Below are positions 30,934-40,715 of a stretch of 64,000 nt of DNA, piece by piece (the first letter of the stretch is position 1; each line of letters begins with the position of its first letter). The DNA is taken from positions 32,001-96,000 of the IMG/VR virus record IMGVR_UViG_3300027861_000001; one strand, 5' to 3'. Origin of the DNA: a virus. The notes under the pieces were generated by a model, which saw only the letters and a program-made list of their open reading frames with translations, did not search any database and was not told where the DNA came from. The position numbers were made by a program, and so were the translations under genes.

Positions 30934-31006
30934 AGCCCCCAGTAGGAATCGAACCCACAACCTATCGCTTACAAGGCGATTGCTCTTCCAGTTGAGCTAT
31001 GGAGGC
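30934..31006 (-). tRNA. tRNA-Thr(TGT)
   Basis: ATCGC-CTTGTAA-GCGAT. Confidence 0.92.
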
Positions 31007-31011
31007 GTAGT

Positions 31012-31260
31012 TTACTTTCCTCTTATAGCAAGTATGAACAAAACTAACCACGCTGTTGCGTTTATGCATGTTGCCACTATTGATGCCACCAATCCCATAC
31101 TACCAAATACACCAGCCAAACAAAACAAGCACAATGCTGTCATACCTGAACTAAACTTACTTACATAAATACCCTGCAAAGCCATTTTAATTTGTGGGAT
31201 TAGCATAAATCCCAAAGACATTATCAAGACAGTAGTTACATAGTCCTGCCAAATCATCAC
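31012..31260 (-). CDS. PQ-loop/SemiSWEET-like 3-TM membrane protein
   Basis: LIPQI motif and three hydrophobic segments. Confidence 0.55.
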   Translation of the reverse strand: MMIWQDYVTTVLIMSLGFMLIPQIKMALQGIYVSKFSSGMTALCLFCLAGVFGSMGLVASIVATCINATAWLVLFILAIRGK

Positions 31261-31396
31261 TTACCCTTCTTTTTCTTATTCCTTTTAGTAACGGCGTTTT
31301 TATACATTTCTCCTAAACCACCACCGTGCCTAGGTATATTCTCTTTTTTAGTTTTTTGTTTCCTGTCTCTTCTTTGCCACTTGTATTCGCTTGACA

Positions 31397-32215
31397 TTAT
31401 GTTATCTCGTTTATAGATTCTATATTCGCTATGGTTATACCATTTATAGTGTCTGCGTGAACTAGTTGTATACCGTTCCTATAATGGTCAGCTAACGGAT
31501 TACCAACATCACCACCAGCCCAAGGATATGGTAGAAAGCAAGGTACTGGTGATTGATCATATGTTACCTCTAACGCAAACTTGGCTTTAGCAAGTACCGA
31601 AACAGAAGTACTCCATGCTACTGGTGGTTCCTGCCTTTGTGGATCACTATAAGTACTAACTTGAGATGTGAATCCAAACCCAAGAGTTGTGAACCCAGAC
31701 GTGTCAACCCAATCTGCTGCATATTGATTTCCAGTAAGCCTGTACCACTTATTTGTTGTTATTTCGTCTAAATGACAGGCTCCTATACTTAGTAGATGAT
31801 CATCACCTACAAACTGCATTGCGTTTCCGAAATTAAAAGAACCATCCAACCAACTTGGTAAGAATATACCCAAGTCACACTCATATACCCCTAAGTAAAG
31901 ATTTGGTAATGGTAAGGTTAACGTTTCAAAATTAAAAAGAAACCTAACATTTGTAATTGTAACTGAGCCTATAGTGCTTGTGTCAAAGCAGCAAACACTC
32001 CTTCTAACTCCAGTATACATCCCTGTTCTTTTAACTCCACCATATGTTGTGGCTCCTACCTCAACATAAGATTCCTCGTATTCATTAGTTGACCAAGTGT
32101 TGTGGTCAAACGATGTCCAAATATCGTAAGAATCTGTCATGTTCCCTGAACCACACTTTGCTGGATCATCTCCTGATACTGGATAATTCCAACTACCCGC
32201 TGTAAATATTCCCAT
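31397..32215 (-). CDS. putative virion-associated beta-sandwich protein
   Basis: Acidic, aromatic-rich, Lys-poor; RS..FDTS.I..TIT; C-terminal INGITIANIESIN. Confidence 0.5.
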   Translation of the reverse strand: MGIFTAGSWNYPVSGDDPAKCGSGNMTDSYDIWTSFDHNTWSTNEYEESYVEVGATTYGGVKRTGMYTGVRRSVCCFDTSTIGSVTITNVRFLFNFETLTLPLPNLYLGVYECDLGIFLPSWLDGSFNFGNAMQFVGDDHLLSIGACHLDEITTNKWYRLTGNQYAADWVDTSGFTTLGFGFTSQVSTYSDPQRQEPPVAWSTSVSVLAKAKFALEVTYDQSPVPCFLPYPWAGGDVGNPLADHYRNGIQLVHADTINGITIANIESINEIT

Positions 32216-32224
32216 ATTGTTCTC

Positions 32225-33340
32225 CTATGTTATATCCGTATCAGTCCAATCACCAGGTGTAAACGCCGCAGAAACACCATCAGCCTCATAACTCTCATTA
32301 CTATCACCAAAATCTCTACAAAAAGTTCCATCAGGTATCCAAAGAAGGTGGTCTTTATCTGCTGTTAATGATGGGTGACCAATTTCTATAGAGCAATCTC
32401 CAGTAAATATCGGGGTTATCGGTACTTGTGTTTCTTTATAAAATCCTTCTCCTTGTACCCCTTCCCACAACTCAATATCGTTTAAACTTGCTCCGCTCAC
32501 AAGTTTTATCGGACGATCATACACAAATCTAAGGTGTGTATTTATAGCTGGTGCTGTGGTTACACCACGACCAACAGTCCAACTTGTAAGATGCGGAGGA
32601 TCAAAATATACGTCACGATGGTACATTTGAACCTCTCCAAATGTTACATAGGGTTCAAATCTAATCCATTTTCCACTACTAGTCCACGGATCACCATAAG
32701 CTGGATACTCTATTACTTCTCTTATTCCTAAAACTAAATAAATGGTCTCTGTGTAAGATTGGCTATTAAAGATTGAAAGACCAGCAGAGTTTACGTTAAA
32801 AGTAACGTGGTTGTCGTCCACATAAGAGTCTAAGTCTATATAAGTATCACAGATTAACGTTGCGTTCTGGTTTATTGTCTTAAAGTCTGCCTCACTATGA
32901 TTAATCCCAGTAACAGTGTATAATCCTAAACTACAACCAGAGAGCCAAGAATAAGCACTATCTTTTTCACCATATACTTCCACTGCTAAACTTTGCAGTT
33001 CGTTAACACCATATCTTTCTGGATAACAAGAACCGTATCCGTATCTGTCAACTCCCCAAATAGTATGGTAACAACGAGAATACTTACTATCAGCCTCAGT
33101 AGATAATTCAACCGCTCCAGCGTAATGATAAAAAGATTGATAAGAGTCATGCCAATCTCCGCCCCAAGTGAACCAATAATAACCCCACTCGGTCTCTTCC
33201 CAGTTTCCATCTGCTTGAACTAGTTGTAATAGCGTCAATGGTGATGGGTGTGGGGAAAGAGACGTATCAAAAGCAGTCTCCGCACTAAGCACAATATTAC
33301 TAGGAGAAGCATTACTTCCGGCCCATCTTTCTGTCCACAT
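32225..33340 (-). CDS. putative virion-associated protein with C-terminal Ig-like domain
   Basis: Same compositional bias; the C-terminal ~100 aa resemble an SbsA/Big_5 Ig-like pattern. Confidence 0.5.
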   Translation of the reverse strand: MWTERWAGSNASPSNIVLSAETAFDTSLSPHPSPLTLLQLVQADGNWEETEWGYYWFTWGGDWHDSYQSFYHYAGAVELSTEADSKYSRCYHTIWGVDRYGYGSCYPERYGVNELQSLAVEVYGEKDSAYSWLSGCSLGLYTVTGINHSEADFKTINQNATLICDTYIDLDSYVDDNHVTFNVNSAGLSIFNSQSYTETIYLVLGIREVIEYPAYGDPWTSSGKWIRFEPYVTFGEVQMYHRDVYFDPPHLTSWTVGRGVTTAPAINTHLRFVYDRPIKLVSGASLNDIELWEGVQGEGFYKETQVPITPIFTGDCSIEIGHPSLTADKDHLLWIPDGTFCRDFGDSNESYEADGVSAAFTPGDWTDTDIT

Positions 33341-33579
33341 TAATGTTCACCTCCAGACTCTGTCCAACAACGAAATCTTTCTTCACACTTTTTACATCTT
33401 ATTTGGTTACACCCAATACCTTTGCTTCTAACAAAGTCATAATACTCGTCACACGCACCACGTTCCCTACACATTTCCCTTCTCCATTTGTTCAAAGGAA
33501 TCCAATCACACCAAGCAGTATCATAATACGTACATTTTCGTTGTATACAAAAATTATCTCTCTTTTGTTCGTCATTCAT
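33340..33579 (-). CDS. small protein with near-terminal tag; starts directly after tRNA-Pro
   Basis: CKKCEERFRCWTE. Confidence 0.7.
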   Translation of the reverse strand: MNDEQKRDNFCIQRKCTYYDTAWCDWIPLNKWRREMCRERGACDEYYDFVRSKGIGCNQIRCKKCEERFRCWTESGGEH

Positions 33580-33580
33580 G

Positions 33581-33654
33581 TCGGAGCAAAAGGATTTGAA
33601 CCTTTGACTTCTGCGCCCCAAACGCAGTGCTCTACCAAACTGAGCTATACTCCG
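33581..33654 (-). tRNA. tRNA-Pro(TGG)
   Basis: CTGCG-TTTGGGG-CGCAG. Confidence 0.92.
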
Positions 33655-34043
33655 TCGTACCAATTAAGTTGTTTAGCAGTTCTCCTTCTGTGACAATTAG
33701 CACACAGAACTCTACACTTATTTAGTTCCCTGCTTATCTTACCCCAAGAATAATTATTTTTTACCATATTGGAAACAGTATCAAATTTATCTATGCTTGC
33801 TCTGTGGTCAAAATCTAAGACTACAAAATCACTCTCACCACAATCCTCACATGGGTGAGTTAAACAATACTCTCTTAGTTTTAGATATTTTGTAAGTCTC
33901 CTAATCTTAGCGTTTTTATTTTTTGCTTTTTTAATTTTTTCTTTATTTTTATGATAGTAATTTCTATCATACACTTGTTTGCATGATCTACAGTATGGAC
34001 TATGTTTTAATCTATTGTTTTTACCGCACTTGTAACATTCCAT
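33645..34043 (-). CDS. HNH endonuclease
   Basis: CEDCG..LDFDH..KCRVLCANCH; stop codon lies inside tRNA-Pro. Confidence 0.85.
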   Translation of the reverse strand: MECYKCGKNNRLKHSPYCRSCKQVYDRNYYHKNKEKIKKAKNKNAKIRRLTKYLKLREYCLTHPCEDCGESDFVVLDFDHRASIDKFDTVSNMVKNNYSWGKISRELNKCRVLCANCHRRRTAKQLNWYDGV

Positions 34044-34190
34044 TTAATCAGTCCAACATCTAAATCTTTCTTTACATTTTTCGCATTTCATTCTGAAGCA
34101 AACAGCTTTTGCTGCTGGTGGTAAGTCTCTTACAGTGTCAAGTAAAGTCTTCACTAAAACAATACAGACAATAATAAATAGTAAATCCAT
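34044..34190 (-). CDS. 48-aa protein with N-terminal hydrophobic segment and C-terminal tag (below ORF-track cutoff)
   Basis: MDLLFIIVCIVLV...CEKCKERFRCWTD*. Confidence 0.7.
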   Translation of the reverse strand: MDLLFIIVCIVLVKTLLDTVRDLPPAAKAVCFRMKCEKCKERFRCWTD

Positions 34191-34774
34191 CTGCTGTTAT
34201 TTACTTATTGATTTTTTTCTACATAATCTTGATAACTGTCGTCCAACTCAATAGCTGTTTTTGCAGCAACAATTAGGGACGCAGCAAGCACTAGTGCTTC
34301 CTCAATTGTCAAATCAAAGCTTCCTTCTCTAACATATCCATGAGTAGCTCTATTCAAATCAATAGGATTTTCATACAGCATTACTCTAGTTCCTTCTAGA
34401 ATCACTAAAACATCAGGGCCTTCCCCCCAAGTACATTCAGCTCTCATTATATGCTCTCACTTTTCTGACCCACTCTAACCATAAGCTGTCTTCTTTTTTC
34501 TCAGCAGTGTTTCTTATGGTCATTATTTCTTCTCGTATGCTCTTTCCTAAGTCCCAACACTTTTCACAACAAAAGTTTGGGTAATCACACGTAAATCTTG
34601 GGTTATCTAGGTTACAATCATAGTCAAAAAGTACAGCACAAAACGTACAAACATCAACCTTACCACACATGACACACTCTTTAACGCTTACTCCTGTGTT
34701 GTTGCTGCGTCCACAAACATCACACACAGTTTCTGTTATTGTTATACTCTCTACTTTTTCTGTTCTCATTTTAG

Positions 34775-35347
34775 TTACTCTATGTTATCAACTAAACCCA
34801 TAAATAAAGCTTGATCCGCACTCAAAAAATTAGGATGGTCTGTTTTCATTAAATTATACCAATAGTCAGCCTTGTGATATTGTTCCTCGTCTGAAGTATT
34901 TTTTTCTGCATACACCTGAGCCGATTGAGTTGTTAACCCTTTCATGTACTCCATATATTCTTCGCTCCCCTTCATGTCTGTCTCCTGTGCAGAACGCATA
35001 CCGTGAACCATTAACCAAGAATGTTCACTAACTACTCTTTCATCGCACGTTTGAAGAATATCTAACATCATACTCATTGCGTGTCCATATACTTTACCAA
35101 CCACTCTAACACCTTTTGATTGAGCATATCTAATAGAAGCTACTATACCCAAGCCTGACTCCACATCTCCGCCAGGAGAATTCATTACTATAGTAATGTC
35201 ATTACATGCAACATCTACTTTGTTCGCTAATAGTAGAATATCTTGTGTTGCTATGGTTGCCATTACTGAGTCTACGTGTCCGGTTAGTACTATTATTCCT
35301 TGGTCACGAAGAAGTTTTCTCTCTTTGTCTTTTTCCTCAAATATCAT
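34775..35347 (-). CDS. clpP: ClpP-like serine protease
   Basis: MNSPGGDV, AMSM (catalytic Ser), MVHG, FLSADQALFMGLVD. Confidence 0.85.
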   Translation of the reverse strand: MIFEEKDKERKLLRDQGIIVLTGHVDSVMATIATQDILLLANKVDVACNDITIVMNSPGGDVESGLGIVASIRYAQSKGVRVVGKVYGHAMSMMLDILQTCDERVVSEHSWLMVHGMRSAQETDMKGSEEYMEYMKGLTTQSAQVYAEKNTSDEEQYHKADYWYNLMKTDHPNFLSADQALFMGLVDNIE

Positions 35348-35652
35348 TTACGATCTCCTACAAATTAATACTAAACACACCACCCACAACAACCAAATGA
35401 GACTTTCTCTGCTACTTTCTCAGCAATTTCATTATATTCGTTTATAGTTATACCATATTTGGTTAACACATCTTCGCTAGTTGGTTTAATGTCTGCCCGC
35501 ATGTCACCACAAGCATAATCTTCAGCAAGATGAGGAGCGTGATCATACTGGTCTACAAAGTCATCCATGTCTGCATTAATGTTATTTATACTAAATTTAC
35601 GCAATGCACAAAGAGCACTATAACTTTCTATCTTCAATTTCATCTTGATCTC

Positions 35653-35880
35653 CTATTCAGTATAACATTCAAACCTTACTTTACAATTATTACATTCTGA
35701 CATATCGAATTTTTTATTGTTTGTACACCAAATCCACGCACCGACGTTGTTCTTACATTTTGGACATGTGGTACAATACTTATCTACCCAAAACACATCT
35801 AAATAATCTTCATACGACAAAGGAAAACCACACTTTGGACAAGTTGCAAAAGCATATTTTTCCAACTTTTCCCTATCCAT
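35653..35880 (-). CDS. Zn-ribbon protein with C-terminal tag; starts directly after tRNA-Glu
   Basis: Ends CNNCKVRFECYTE*. Confidence 0.72.
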   Translation of the reverse strand: MDREKLEKYAFATCPKCGFPLSYEDYLDVFWVDKYCTTCPKCKNNVGAWIWCTNNKKFDMSECNNCKVRFECYTE

Positions 35881-35881
35881 G

Positions 35882-35954
35882 TAGTGCTAGGGGGAGTCGA
35901 ACCCACCGTTAGTAGGTTGAAAGCCTACTGTCATAACCGTTAGACCATAGCACC
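35882..35954 (-). tRNA. tRNA-Glu(TTC)
   Basis: GTAGG-CTTTCAA-CCTAC. Confidence 0.9.
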
Positions 35955-35960
35955 TAGTTG

Positions 35961-36043
35961 TGGTAGCGGTAGGACTCGAACCCACGTAGCCCGTCGGGCG
36001 TCTGATCTACAGTCAGATGCAATTGCCACTCTGCCACACTACC
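35961..36043 (-). tRNA. tRNA-Tyr(GTA)
   Basis: TCTGA-CTGTAGA-TCAGA; long variable arm. Confidence 0.92.
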
Positions 36044-36049
36044 TTTTTG

Positions 36050-36123
36050 TACCAACGGATGGACTCGAACCATCACTAATCCAATTTTAAGTCGGACGCC
36101 TCTGCCAATTGGGCTACGCTGGC
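36050..36123 (-). tRNA. tRNA-Leu(TAA), short variable loop
   Basis: TCCGA-CTTAAAA-TTGGA. Confidence 0.88.
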
Positions 36124-36129
36124 TTATGT

Positions 36130-36206
36130 TGGTGTCAGTGGAAGGAGTCGAACCTTCAACATTTCGGGTTTGAGCCGAACACCTCTACCAATTGGGTTAC
36201 ACTGAC
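36130..36206 (-). tRNA. tRNA-Leu(CAA), short variable loop, CCA encoded
   Basis: TTCGG-CTCAAAC-CCGAA. Confidence 0.88.
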
Positions 36207-36598
36207 TCGTCTAATTCATCATCATCTTCCGACATAATGCAATGCCCTGGACAATCTTCGGGGTTTTTCCCCATCCACTTTTCCACTGCTAGTATTCTAT
36301 CTTCTCCAAAAACGGTAAAGTTATATAATCCTGCAATCATAAGGAGATTTCCTAATCCTTTACCTTCTCCTCGTCTTTCTTCGTCTACTAATTCAAATAA
36401 GAGGTCTTCTGGAATTACTAACATATTACCACTTAACGCACCTCTCAACCACAACACCTCTGCCTTATCAGTCAAATAAAGATCACTATTGTCGTAATCT
36501 TTTTCTATATATCTTTCGTCAATTGGTAACTCTCCTTCTTTATAAAACGTTTGATCGCTATATATCTGCTTCCTCAGTTCGTCAAGAAAATCATCCAT
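36197..36598 (-). CDS. acidic hypothetical protein (stop codon inside tRNA-Leu(CAA))
   Basis: AGGAGG SD before MDDFLDEL. Confidence 0.65.
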   Translation of the reverse strand: MDDFLDELRKQIYSDQTFYKEGELPIDERYIEKDYDNSDLYLTDKAEVLWLRGALSGNMLVIPEDLLFELVDEERRGEGKGLGNLLMIAGLYNFTVFGEDRILAVEKWMGKNPEDCPGHCIMSEDDDELDESV

Positions 36599-36619
36599 TG
36601 AAAACCTCCTAAATTTATG

Positions 36620-36690
36620 CACACCCATAAGGATTCGAACCCCAAGTTGGTGGGCTGGAGCCACCCGTGTTACCGTTACACTATGGATGC
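36620..36690 (-). tRNA. tRNA-Trp(CCA)
   Basis: GGTGG-CTCCAGC-CCACC. Confidence 0.88.
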
Positions 36691-37042
36691 ATATTTATGT
36701 TTTATTTCTCCACTCATCATCAAAATAATCCATCAATTCGGAAATTGTTGCTGTACTAACATCACTCAACGAGGTAGGTAAATTATTGGCGGTCATAATT
36801 TTAACCCACTTGTCGTGCCCTTTTTGTGCTGCTGCTTTTGTATCATACATTTCAACTATTACCCAATCACCATCACTATACCTTGGATGTTTTACTCCAG
36901 TTTCGTAAGGTTGTCTAGAGTCTGTTACTTTACACGTGTCTACTACTAAGTCTCCATCTTTGTAATTGTCCACCACTCTTTGCTCATAAGTACCCACCAT
37001 ATCAAAATAGTCAAACATCCTTCCCTCCCAAATTTATTTCCG

Positions 37043-37113
37043 CGCCGTGTAGGGGTATCGATCCCCTGCTCCCACCTTGACAGGATGGCGTTCTACCTTT
37101 AAACTAACACGAC
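37043..37113 (-). tRNA. tRNA-Asp(GTC)
   Basis: CCATC-CTGTCAA-GGTGG; T-loop ATCGATA. Confidence 0.85.
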
Positions 37114-37618
37114 TTTCTTAGAATAAACGTTTCACCTAGCTACTGCGTTTACTCTCATTCTTACAAATTATACTTCTCCAAAAATTCAATAAGCTTTGGT
37201 ACATCTTCGTCTCTTAAAATAAAGTCTCCTACTTGTCCATCACGCCCGCGCAGTGCACTCCAAGCTTGTTTTATCCTCCACTTTAAGTCTGCCTTACCAG
37301 CTAAATACATATTAAAATAAATGTGTGACCTTTCTCTACCGTCTCGTTCTTTACCATCGTATATCTCTACTTCTACATCCATTGAATGTTCTTGTGCCAT
37401 ACAATCACAAGGGAACCTCACAACGTCATAATCATTACTACAGTAAATTTGTTCCATCTTTCTCCTTTATGTATTTCTTTAACAAATCAAGTTACAGCGT
37501 ACTCCACAAGAATGCGTATTTCATCGGTTGTAAACTCACAACCTAGTGTACAAGTGTTATCTTCATTCTCTATTATTTCATTTATTTCCACTGTAACTAC
37601 TCCTTTTACTTAATATGA

Positions 37619-37846
37619 CTAAACATAATCCCACGATTTAGTCCAACACTCAAATCTTTCTTTACAAAAGTTACATTTCCTATCGTCTACTAACCTTCTT
37701 CTACACTGCCTAAAGTAAGCATCATTACCAAAAATTTGTGCTTTCATTTCTTCCCACATTTCTAATGTGAGTGCATCATCTGTTGGGCCTAGCTTTTCCC
37801 CATACACCTTTTCAAAGATTTCTTTGGTTACTACTTCTCTATCCAT
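37619..37846 (-). CDS. small protein with near-terminal tag
   Basis: CNFCKERFECWTK. Confidence 0.7.
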   Translation of the reverse strand: MDREVVTKEIFEKVYGEKLGPTDDALTLEMWEEMKAQIFGNDAYFRQCRRRLVDDRKCNFCKERFECWTKSWDYV

Positions 37847-37859
37847 TCATCAATCCTTG

Positions 37860-37930
37860 AGGTAGTGGAGAGAATCGAACTCCCTTGCCTTGGGTTGCAA
37901 CCAAGTACCTAGCCAGTCGGACACACTACC
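37860..37930 (-). tRNA. tRNA-Cys(GCA)
   Basis: CTTGG-TTGCAAC-CCAAG; U73. Confidence 0.9.
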
Positions 37931-38332
37931 TAATCCCACAAATGTTGGTAATACTTACCAAACAGCTCTACTCCGGTTTGAATTCTAAGTTCAACAGCTT
38001 TTAAACCTTCACTATCTACGTCTATGCCTGTAGACACTAATCTATTCCCTTCTGTTACCATATCACCAACAACTGTGTAAAACTCATCCTCCCAATCTCT
38101 ATCTCTGATGTGGTTGAAGCACCAAATCATTTCATTCAAGGCTTCTATCCAACCTTCAAAAGTTCCAAAATCGCTAGGATACCCATGTGTTGTATCTCTT
38201 AACTGCTCCAACATAGGAACTATTATTTCAGCCAAAGTAGCGTCCATGCTCCATGTGTCTTCTGGACTCAGCTCTACTACTATGTCTCTTACACCACCTT
38301 CGTCTGGATACTCTCCCATTTCTACTTTCATT

Positions 38333-38695
38333 TTATTTTCCACCTATCATTTCAGGATTTTCACAAACATTACCGATTATTGTGATAGCAAACCCAGCTC
38401 TAATACTGTCAGAAACCCACGCTAGGTTAAATCCACAACTTTCATCCCACCATTTGACAACGTGTTCATACTTATAACCTTCTCTTTGTAATATGTCACC
38501 GTTGTATATTTCTACTCCATTTCTATCTTTAAGACCGGTGTACTCTCCAACTGTTTCAGGGTCTACGGGAACAGCACCCTTATAATGGTCATAAATGTAC
38601 GTTACAGGGCCTTCTTCTTCTGATGTTGTAAAATATCCACCATATACCCACTTACCTGTTTTTAGGCACTTACCCCTGAATTTAATTTCTTTCAT
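38333..38695 (-). CDS. YopX family protein
   Basis: MKEIKFRGK..WVYG..VGEYTGLKDRNGVEIYNGDI..IIGNVCENPE. Confidence 0.88.
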   Translation of the reverse strand: MKEIKFRGKCLKTGKWVYGGYFTTSEEEGPVTYIYDHYKGAVPVDPETVGEYTGLKDRNGVEIYNGDILQREGYKYEHVVKWWDESCGFNLAWVSDSIRAGFAITIIGNVCENPEMIGGK

Positions 38696-38707
38696 ATCTA
38701 TCCTTTG

Positions 38708-38780
38708 TGGACTCGGTACGACTCGAACGTACAACTTACTGCTTATGAGGCAGTTGCTCTAACCCTTGAACTACGAGTCC
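38708..38780 (-). tRNA. tRNA with CAT anticodon (elongator Met or Ile2)
   Basis: ACTGC-CTCATAA-GCAGT. Confidence 0.88.
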
Positions 38781-38938
38781 TTAATTTCTGAAACATTAAG
38801 TAATTCTATTCCGACTATACCACCGTCTTCATCAATATCTATTATAATGTCTTCAGTTATCTCTGTAGTCCTAGCTATTTCTTTGTCCGATACATAGACA
38901 TAAGCCGCTTCTGCTAATTTATCATATACTATTTTCAT
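38771..38938 (-). CDS. DUF2283-like protein
   Basis: MKIVYD..AAYVYV..DIDEDGGIVGIELLNVS. Confidence 0.8.
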   Translation of the reverse strand: MKIVYDKLAEAAYVYVSDKEIARTTEITEDIIIDIDEDGGIVGIELLNVSEIKDS

Positions 38939-39165
38939 TCTTTTGTCCAACATTTGAATCTAAGTTCACATTTACTACATTTGGTTTCATCTCGTTCTTT
39001 GTATTTACTACAATAAAAAGGACAACGAGACTGATTAGTGGAATAAATGTTTTTATCTAGCTCATAACAATACCCCAACCAGCGTGATATATACGACGAA
39101 ATTTTTCTAGGTGCTGGGTCTAGTTTTCTACAATCACCACATTGATTCCATATTTTTTCAACCAT
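38935..39165 (-). CDS. small protein with C-terminal tag; starts directly after tRNA-Lys
   Basis: Ends CSKCELRFKCWTKE*. Confidence 0.72.
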   Translation of the reverse strand: MVEKIWNQCGDCRKLDPAPRKISSYISRWLGYCYELDKNIYSTNQSRCPFYCSKYKERDETKCSKCELRFKCWTKE

Positions 39166-39166
39166 G

Positions 39167-39240
39167 TAGACGTAGAGAGACTCGAACTCCCAACTCCCAG
39201 TTTAAAAGACTGGTACTCTACCCAGTTGAGTTATACGTCC
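39167..39240 (-). tRNA. tRNA-Lys(TTT)
   Basis: CCAGT-CTTTTAA-ACTGG. Confidence 0.9.
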
Positions 39241-39249
39241 TTAATTTCT

Positions 39250-39405
39250 TTATTTAGTCCAGCATTTGAATCTTTTTATACAAGTATCGCAACCATTAAG
39301 ATTACTGTCAAGAATTGTACGACAAATACTTATAAAGCGGTCATCCATTTCTGCTTTTTGTTTATAATACAAAGCTAAATACTGAAGTTTTTCTTCTTTA
39401 GTCAT
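39250..39405 (-). CDS. 51-aa protein with C-terminal tag (below ORF-track cutoff)
   Basis: GAGG SD; MTKEEK...CDTCIKRFKCWTK*. Confidence 0.72.
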   Translation of the reverse strand: MTKEEKLQYLALYYKQKAEMDDRFISICRTILDSNLNGCDTCIKRFKCWTK

Positions 39406-39416
39406 TTTGTTCCTCG

Positions 39417-39490
39417 TACTAGCGGGAAGAGTCGAACTTCCAACACCTTGCTTCTAAGGCAAGTGCCTCTACCAATTGGGCTACGCTAGC
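39417..39490 (-). tRNA. tRNA-Leu(TAG), short variable loop
   Basis: CTTGC-CTTAGAA-GCAAG. Confidence 0.88.
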
Positions 39491-39948
39491 TCGCTTCTTA
39501 CCTTCATTAAAATTCTACCTAGTTTATTCTTTCCTTTTCCTTTACGCCTTACACGTTTTTCTCCAATGTATACGTAGCGAGGTGGAGGAGATACACCCCA
39601 AAACGTGTCTTTCCACCAGTTCCCTTCGTATAACCTTGCGTTACCTGTTTCCAGTAACCTTTCCTTTAAATAGGAATGATTAGTAAACTTTTGAGTAACT
39701 AAATCAGACATAACCAATAACTTAATTTCTTCCCAATCTGATCTTAACAAAACAGTTTTACCAACCTTCTTTGCTTTAGAAGCAGACTCGCAATTAAGTA
39801 TCTTTTCTCTTTCTTCCAAATCCAAAGTTTTGGCTGCTTGGTATGCATGTTCTACTGATGGATAGTTTACTCCATCTAACGTAACAACTGTTGACCAAAA
39901 ATTAGATAAAAATCTATGTTTTCCTACAAACTCTGTGATATCTTCCAT
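39481..39948 (-). CDS. NADAR (YbiA-like) family protein
   Basis: FLSNF..SVEHAYQAAK..KF..LLETG..DTFWG..GKNKLGRILMKVR. Confidence 0.92.
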   Translation of the reverse strand: MEDITEFVGKHRFLSNFWSTVVTLDGVNYPSVEHAYQAAKTLDLEEREKILNCESASKAKKVGKTVLLRSDWEEIKLLVMSDLVTQKFTNHSYLKERLLETGNARLYEGNWWKDTFWGVSPPPRYVYIGEKRVRRKGKGKNKLGRILMKVRSELA

Positions 39949-40176
39949 TTATAAAGTCTCTCCATTAACTAGTGGTAAATACTTGGCTGCATCTTCAATG
40001 TCTACTACTGGTCTGAGTAACACGTCAATTGTATAAGAATCAAACTTGAGTGAGTAACCTCTTACACATTTTTTATCGTGCCACATAACTCTGTGTATTT
40101 TAGCATCTACTTTAACTGGGTTATTATTTTTATCATATATACTATATACAGCTTGCATAATTCTCCTTTCTTTCTG

Positions 40177-40251
40177 CATCCTCGGAGAGACTCGAACTCT
40201 CAGCCTTTGGTTTCGAAGACCACTGCTCTAAATCCATTGAGCTACGAGGAT
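40177..40251 (-). tRNA. tRNA-Arg(TCG)
   Basis: Anticodon loop CTTCGAA. Confidence 0.85.
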
Positions 40252-40715
40252 TCCTATGTCTATTTTCTACGTACTTGTTTACTGCTATGTGGTTTTTGTG
40301 AACCTTTACCGTGACTGTAGGAACGTCCAGCTTTATTCTTTCTTGCCATCCAAGCACTACGAGAACGAACTTCGCTTCCATTTTTACAGTAAGGACAACC
40401 ACATTTCGTGTTGAACATGTGTCACCTCCTAGTGCGCCATCATGTTCCACCTCCTAAAAATTTAATATCCACTTTACCTTCTCCTAAAGAACCAATATAG
40501 GAACCCTAGTAGTGAGAGTAGTAAAGCACCAATTCCAATTACTTTTTTCATTTTACATATCTTCAACTTGTTCTACTCTCCATGAGTTACCACACTCAGG
40601 ACAGATAACTTGGTCAGACGCTAACAATAATAAAGCACACTGGTGAAGACAATCATGATGATTATAGTCCTCAATACAATCATGAAATTCACCGCACCGA
40701 CATTTTTCTTCCATC

